A stretch of 10,558 bases of DNA from Candidatus Heimdallarchaeota archaeon (GTDB taxonomy: Archaea; Asgardarchaeota; Heimdallarchaeia; Hodarchaeales; Hodarchaeaceae). Location of the stretch: positions 1 through 10,558 of the forward strand of contig DXJL01000004.1 in NCBI GenBank assembly GCA_019057635.1, in the 5' to 3' direction. The notes under the pieces were generated by a model that worked only from the letters and a program-made list of their open reading frames with translations, did not search any database and was not told where the DNA came from. How positions within the stretch are numbered: position 1 is the stretch's first letter; the number at the start of each line of letters is the position of its first letter. This document shows positions 6,309 through 10,558 of this stretch, in pieces. The position numbers and the translations under genes are program-made.

Positions 6309-7202
6309 ATGGTAGTAGTTTCTCAAATATGGATCCAACATCTTCAATGTATGCAAATCATTGGGGACTGCCATTTACGGGTCGGATCAGACCTAGAACC
6401 AGTCCTTGGAGGATCATTATATACAGCTCTTGTGACTGCTCTCGCAGAAATTGAACCTCCTCCAAATGTTTATATTATATCGGGTGTTTATGGTTTTAGA
6501 ATCCCTGATAATGAAGGAATTGGCTTTTTTACAATTCAAAATAAGAATTTTAGAATCTTTTTCCTGTGTGAAGGGTTATTTGGACGCGGAATTCCATATT
6601 TGGCAGGAACGGCTATTTCTCGAAGGATTCGAAACCTATTCTCGTGGTTAGAGGCTGAAATATCTTCTGATGATTGTCAATTTGCTCATGCATCAAATCA
6701 GGATGATTCTTTCTGGTTTGATCTTATAGTTTCACTTGGATTTGGTAGAAATCTACCAATTGATCAATATGAAAAAATTTATCCCTTAAGATATATCGAA
6801 ATTCATGCCTCTCGTACATCATCAAATGAAGTCGTAGTAAACAATCTCGAAACCTCCGAAATGTCCGCTCAACTATCCTATGGCTGGGAGCACATTGATG
6901 AGGTTATTGCTACAAAAATCCAAGGAATATTCTCACGGCCACATTTTAGCTTTCTAGTGTATGAGTCGTTATTTAACCAAATTTCGGAATTTCTCCCTGA
7001 GTTTCAACCCAATACTCTAATTCTAACCTACTCTCGCGGTGATTTACTTATAAATCAAAGTTCCATTGCTTCATTTCTAACCATCACTGAGAACTCCTTG
7101 ACAATCCGCTATTGTCTCCCAATGTCCCGAGAATTAGAAGTCGAAGGAAGCCAATTCGTCCATGCATTTCTTCGATCTATATATTTAGCAACGTTGGTGT
7201 AA
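6309..7202 (+). CDS. Hypothetical protein with a probable N-terminal longin-like domain
   Basis: 297 aa from an ATG with AGGA upstream. The N-terminus has strand VSQIWIQH, strand QIIGDCH, helix LEPVLGGSLYTALVTALAEI (resembling the longin alpha1 'D..L..gll.Al......i' pattern), strands GIGFFTIQ/NFRIFFLCE, then helix AISRRIRNLFSWLEAEI. The C-terminal half is alpha/beta and unassigned. Confidence 0.6.
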   Translation: MVVVSQIWIQHLQCMQIIGDCHLRVGSDLEPVLGGSLYTALVTALAEIEPPPNVYIISGVYGFRIPDNEGIGFFTIQNKNFRIFFLCEGLFGRGIPYLAGTAISRRIRNLFSWLEAEISSDDCQFAHASNQDDSFWFDLIVSLGFGRNLPIDQYEKIYPLRYIEIHASRTSSNEVVVNNLETSEMSAQLSYGWEHIDEVIATKIQGIFSRPHFSFLVYESLFNQISEFLPEFQPNTLILTYSRGDLLINQSSIASFLTITENSLTIRYCLPMSRELEVEGSQFVHAFLRSIYLATLV

Positions 7203-7352
7203 ATCTTAGCGTCTCAAAATGACCCGATCGATATTAATTCACCTTTGCATTTCATAGATGGAAAAGTCCTCTAATCACAAACAGAGAAAAAAGCAGTAAC
7301 TTACCTTAATAAAGCAAATTAATCACAAATCTGAATTGGTATCGAGTGATAA

Positions 7353-8297
7353 ATGTTGTCACACACAACTGGAAAATCTATATCGGCTGATTTCGCTATT
7401 AAATCCTTGATTATAGTTGTATTGTGGTCAACACCCCCATTAGTATCTAAAATATGGGTAGGAACAGAAAAACTGTTTCCTGGACTATATTTTGGATTTT
7501 TACGATATTTTCTTGGATTTTTAACCTTATTTTTCCTTCTCCTTTGTCGCAATGGATTGGGGAACTTAATAGAATTGTTCCTTAAACGAACCAAGGCATT
7601 AATGTTTTGTGCTTCGTGGTTAGTATTGATGATTATAGGACAGAACTTCTCAGTATTTTTTATTCTCGGTGCATCCAGCTCAATTCTACTGAATTTTAAT
7701 CCTGTACTTGTATATTTGATTGCTCCTCTGCTCTTTGTAAATGAAACATATTCTTCTCAGAAATCAATAGCGGTGCTCCTCTCAACCATGGGAATTTTCT
7801 TGGTTTTTCTTGCATCTAGTAATTTAATCGGTATTAATATCGGTCATTTTCTCATAGGAAATTTCCTTGGATTCCTATCAGGTGTCGCTTGGGCGGGTTA
7901 TTCTCTTTCACTCAAAAAACTTTTTCCTGATGAATCGACCATGGAAGTAACCGCTCTCAACCTTGGTTTTGCCACACTCTTTCTCCTGGTTTCATCATTT
8001 GCTACGGAAACTATTCCTCCAATAAGTAGTTACACTCTGGAAAGCATTACTGGATTGTTGATAATAGGGGTTGGTGCTGCTGCAATCGCATTTACGCTGT
8101 ATTTACAACTTGTGCAAACTTATGGTGCTGTCCAAGCTGCCAATATTCAGTTCTTGATTCCCCTGTTTTCATTACTATTTGCATGGATATTTTTAGGAGA
8201 ATATTCATCATTAGCATTAATTGGAGGAATAATCTGTGCAATAGGTGTTGCTGTGATCACCGCTCCTGTAGAGAAAAAAAGAAAGGATGAAGACTAG
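7353..8297 (+). CDS. EamA/DMT (drug/metabolite transporter) family permease
   Basis: 314 aa, about 10 TM helices in two repeats. Motifs: LWSTPPLVSK, FLRYFLG, SSILLNFNPVLVYLIAPLLFVNE, GNFLGFLSGVAWAGYSLSLKK, GAVQAANIQFLIPLFSLLFAWIFLGE. Confidence 0.92.
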   Translation: MLSHTTGKSISADFAIKSLIIVVLWSTPPLVSKIWVGTEKLFPGLYFGFLRYFLGFLTLFFLLLCRNGLGNLIELFLKRTKALMFCASWLVLMIIGQNFSVFFILGASSSILLNFNPVLVYLIAPLLFVNETYSSQKSIAVLLSTMGIFLVFLASSNLIGINIGHFLIGNFLGFLSGVAWAGYSLSLKKLFPDESTMEVTALNLGFATLFLLVSSFATETIPPISSYTLESITGLLIIGVGAAAIAFTLYLQLVQTYGAVQAANIQFLIPLFSLLFAWIFLGEYSSLALIGGIICAIGVAVITAPVEKKRKDED

Positions 8298-8306
8298 AAA
8301 ACAAAT

Positions 8307-10085
8307 TTAACTTTCAAACACTTTATCTAATTCTTCATCAGTCACTTCAAAAACCACATTGTGAGGTGGGAGGGGTTCGGTCTTGAAGAATTCGGGTAAG
8401 CGATCATCCAATTTGGTGAATCCTGCTTTCTTATTGAATTCTCTTTCCTTTTTCAAAACTTCCATTCCATATGCTACGGCATCGATCGATGTATCTCCTA
8501 AAAAGCCTTGAATAGATTGAACCATACCTTCAGAACCAGAAGCGATATCAAGAATGGCAAACGCAATAAAGAGACAATACCCTGTTGAATCAATAAATGC
8601 GGTAGTAGCTTGAAAAGCTCTTGATAATTCGGCTTTATTGATATCCATTCGATCTGGAGCTCCACCGACCTGAAGAATTTCAGGAGCTATCGTATACCCT
8701 TGTGTGTGATCGCCACCTTGTGTACCAGTTGCATAAGTGACACCAATACCTCTAATCGGACGAGGATCGTAGGCAGGTAATGATTGGCCTTTCACATGAG
8801 CAACATGAGTTACACCAAAGGCCTGACCCAAACCTAATGCACCTAAACCGATTAGATTCCCCATCGGAGAATCTGTGCCTACTTTCCTCAGAAAATCCAC
8901 AGCACCAGGACCATCACCAAACTTGAGTATTCCAGCTTCCATAGCTACTCCGATTGTATTTCCTGCTTCTATAGTATCAAGCCCTAAATCGTTACAAATC
9001 CGATTCAGTTCCGAAACATGGTAATGACTATCAATACCACAATTGGTTCCTAAGGCCCAAGCAGTCTCATATTCAAGTGGAGACACTTGCAGTTCTCCGG
9101 TATCTTCATAGGGAACGACATTCGAGCATTTTATGATACAACCTGGATGACAGGCGTGGGCATACTGTGCAGGGCTATCGGGGAATTTAGCCTTCACCTT
9201 GTCTACGAGTTCATGTGTAGCTTCTCCAGATATCTTTGCTGCCCCTTCAAAGCGGCCTTCACGCCAATTCCTGGTGGGAAGTGCCCCTGCTTCATTGATA
9301 ATATTCTGAAGAACATTCGTTCCGAAATTTTTCAATCCGCCATACGGTTTTCCATCTTTCTCTAGTACACCAGTAACGGCATGTTCATTGAGGGCTGCAA
9401 CAAGTTTCGCCCGTCCTTCATCGAACAGATCTTTATTTACTGGAGGTGGACGTTCACCATCGGTATCGTCTGTAATAATAGCAATAACTCTTTTTGAACC
9501 AATGACTGCACCAAGACCACCGCGACCTGCATATCTTCCAGGGTCATTATTTTCAACATTATTACCAAACACACCAGCAGATCGCATTAATTTTTGACCT
9601 GCTATTCCACAACCTATAATACCAGGTTTATTAGGGAAATTATTCCACACTTTACCAATAAGATCATATAACCCCATACCTGCAAATTCATTGGCTTCAA
9701 CAATCTCAACAGACCCTTTTTTTATGACCACATTGAACCATTTTTCTCTCGATATTGGTTGTCCTTCAAGAACAACCGCTTTGAGTCCTAGCTTAGCTAA
9801 TTTCTGGGCTGTCAATCCACCTGCATTGGCTTCTTTTATTCCTCCAGTTAATGGAGATTTTCCACCCACACTTAATCGCCCCGAACTGGGTGCATTTGTC
9901 CCCGTAACTATCCCAGGGGCAATTACTACCTTGTTAAATGATCCTAGGGGTTCACAAGTAGGAGGAACTTCATCAAAAACAATCGTGGAGGTTAAAGCTC
10001 GACCACCGAGCTTTTTATATTTTTCAGGAAATTCTTCATATTTAGTTGTCATGTCTGACATATTAATTCTTAATATTTGAGGCAT
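8307..10085 (-). CDS. aor: Aldehyde:ferredoxin oxidoreductase (tungstopterin AOR family)
   Basis: Motifs: LGGRAL, SGRLSVGGKSPLTGGIKEANAGG, AGRGGLGAVIGSK, 4Fe-4S ligands CHPGCIIKC and DSTGYC, EYET, DLGLDTIE, YDPR, GGDH, EREFNKKAG and DDRLP. The track's GTG at 10094 is part of the AGGTGG RBS, so ATG at 10085 (MPQILRINM) is the likelier start. Confidence 0.95.
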   Translation of the reverse strand: MPQILRINMSDMTTKYEEFPEKYKKLGGRALTSTIVFDEVPPTCEPLGSFNKVVIAPGIVTGTNAPSSGRLSVGGKSPLTGGIKEANAGGLTAQKLAKLGLKAVVLEGQPISREKWFNVVIKKGSVEIVEANEFAGMGLYDLIGKVWNNFPNKPGIIGCGIAGQKLMRSAGVFGNNVENNDPGRYAGRGGLGAVIGSKRVIAIITDDTDGERPPPVNKDLFDEGRAKLVAALNEHAVTGVLEKDGKPYGGLKNFGTNVLQNIINEAGALPTRNWREGRFEGAAKISGEATHELVDKVKAKFPDSPAQYAHACHPGCIIKCSNVVPYEDTGELQVSPLEYETAWALGTNCGIDSHYHVSELNRICNDLGLDTIEAGNTIGVAMEAGILKFGDGPGAVDFLRKVGTDSPMGNLIGLGALGLGQAFGVTHVAHVKGQSLPAYDPRPIRGIGVTYATGTQGGDHTQGYTIAPEILQVGGAPDRMDINKAELSRAFQATTAFIDSTGYCLFIAFAILDIASGSEGMVQSIQGFLGDTSIDAVAYGMEVLKKEREFNKKAGFTKLDDRLPEFFKTEPLPPHNVVFEVTDEELDKVFES

Positions 10086-10189
10086 ACTTACCACCTACGG
10101 TTTTATTTAGAAAATTACAAAGAATATTGAAATTTCCAAAGCGTAACATTTCTGTTCATTGGAAGTTGTTGAGATAAGAGCTTTCAATG

Positions 10190-10204
10190 AGTTTAAACTT
10201 TTCG
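10190..10204 (-). promoter_or_regulatory. BRE-TATA promoter for aor
   Basis: The minus strand reads CGAAAAG-TTTAAACT, a near-consensus archaeal BRE plus TTTAAA box, about 105 bp upstream of the aor ATG. AGTTTAAACT (10190-10199) is palindromic. Confidence 0.6.
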
Positions 10205-10210
10205 ATCTTT

Positions 10211-10220
10211 GAAGAAAAAA
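10211..10220 (-). terminator. Oligo-T terminator candidate after the MoaD-family gene
   Basis: The minus strand reads TTTTTTCTTC about 25 nt after the stop codon at 10245. Confidence 0.4.
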
Positions 10221-10244
10221 GTTATCAGCGAAACAAAATATACC

Positions 10245-10493
10245 TCATCCCCCACCAACTGGGGGAAAAATAGCTATCTCATCATTTTCTTGTAAGAATT
10301 CATTGAGTGACTTAATTGTTGTATGATTTCTCATAATGATTTTTGCTTCTTCGGTAGTAATCTTTAATTGCTCTAATAATTGGTTAAAGGTGGTATTCAC
10401 TGCTATTGTCAGAGGAAAAGACTCACCGATTGCTAACCCTTCAGGGCCCCTATCTCGAAGAGTAGCGAACAACTTTACATGAATTTGGAACAA
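10245..10493 (-). CDS. MoaD/ThiS-family ubiquitin-like sulfur carrier (SAMP-like)
   Basis: IHVKLFATLRD...LQENDEIAIFPPVGGG with a C-terminal diglycine, adjacent to aor. GGTGA lies 4 nt before the in-frame TTG at 10493, giving 82 aa. The track's start at 10526 is probably too long. Confidence 0.92.
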   Translation of the reverse strand: MFQIHVKLFATLRDRGPEGLAIGESFPLTIAVNTTFNQLLEQLKITTEEAKIIMRNHTTIKSLNEFLQENDEIAIFPPVGGG

Positions 10494-10497
10494 ATAC

Positions 10498-10557
10498 TCA
10501 CCTATTTGATAAGTGAAAATAGTCATAATCTTTTGGAGCAGATCGAGTTATGAAACC
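10498..10557 (-). CDS. Probable C-terminal end of an upstream gene cut by the window edge
   Basis: Open frame ...GFITRSAPKDYDYFHLSNR*, whose TGA (10500-10498) is part of the GGTGA RBS of the MoaD-family gene, as expected for coupled genes. Only 19 sense codons are visible. Confidence 0.35.
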   Translation of the reverse strand, partial: GFITRSAPKDYDYFHLSNR

Positions 10558-10558
10558 A

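Noticed and set aside
6451-7594. ORFs 6451..6651 (+) and 7319..7594 (-)
   Set aside because: One is nested out of frame in a longer gene. The other is antisense to the DMT gene, and its basic composition simply mirrors hydrophobic codons on the other strand.
9087-10080. Plus-strand ORFs 9087..9365, 9388..9597 and 9691..10080
   Set aside because: They are antisense shadows of aor.
10245-10493. Eukaryote-type ubiquitin system
   Set aside because: The sequence is MoaD/ThiS-like (VKLFATLR...IFPPVGGG) and sits beside aor, a common pairing. No E1, E2, E3 or JAMM gene is visible in the window.

Overview
AT-rich archaeal DNA, judged from BRE/TATA promoters, GGTGA/GGAGG ribosome-binding sites and oligo-T terminators. 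The longin- and roadblock-like proteins suggest an Asgard archaeon, which is an inference. In order, the window holds: (1) a 5'-truncated gene, open from base 2, that reads as a longin domain fused to a roadblock domain, 17 bp upstream of a GH57 4-alpha-glucanotransferase/alpha-amylase; (2) an unannotated 44-aa C-terminally membrane-anchored micro-ORF, divergent from a two-TM hypothetical gene; (3) a translationally coupled minus-strand operon of wHTH, tandem wHTH and vWA genes, with a palindrome over its TATA box; (4) a second, divergent longin-like protein; (5) an EamA/DMT transporter; (6) a tungsten-type aldehyde:ferredoxin oxidoreductase with its MoaD/ThiS-family partner. I found no tRNA, rRNA, CRISPR array or transposase. 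The best leads are the longin-roadblock fusion beside a glucan enzyme, the wHTH/vWA operon and the micro-protein. All domain calls are by eye and need HMM or structure confirmation.
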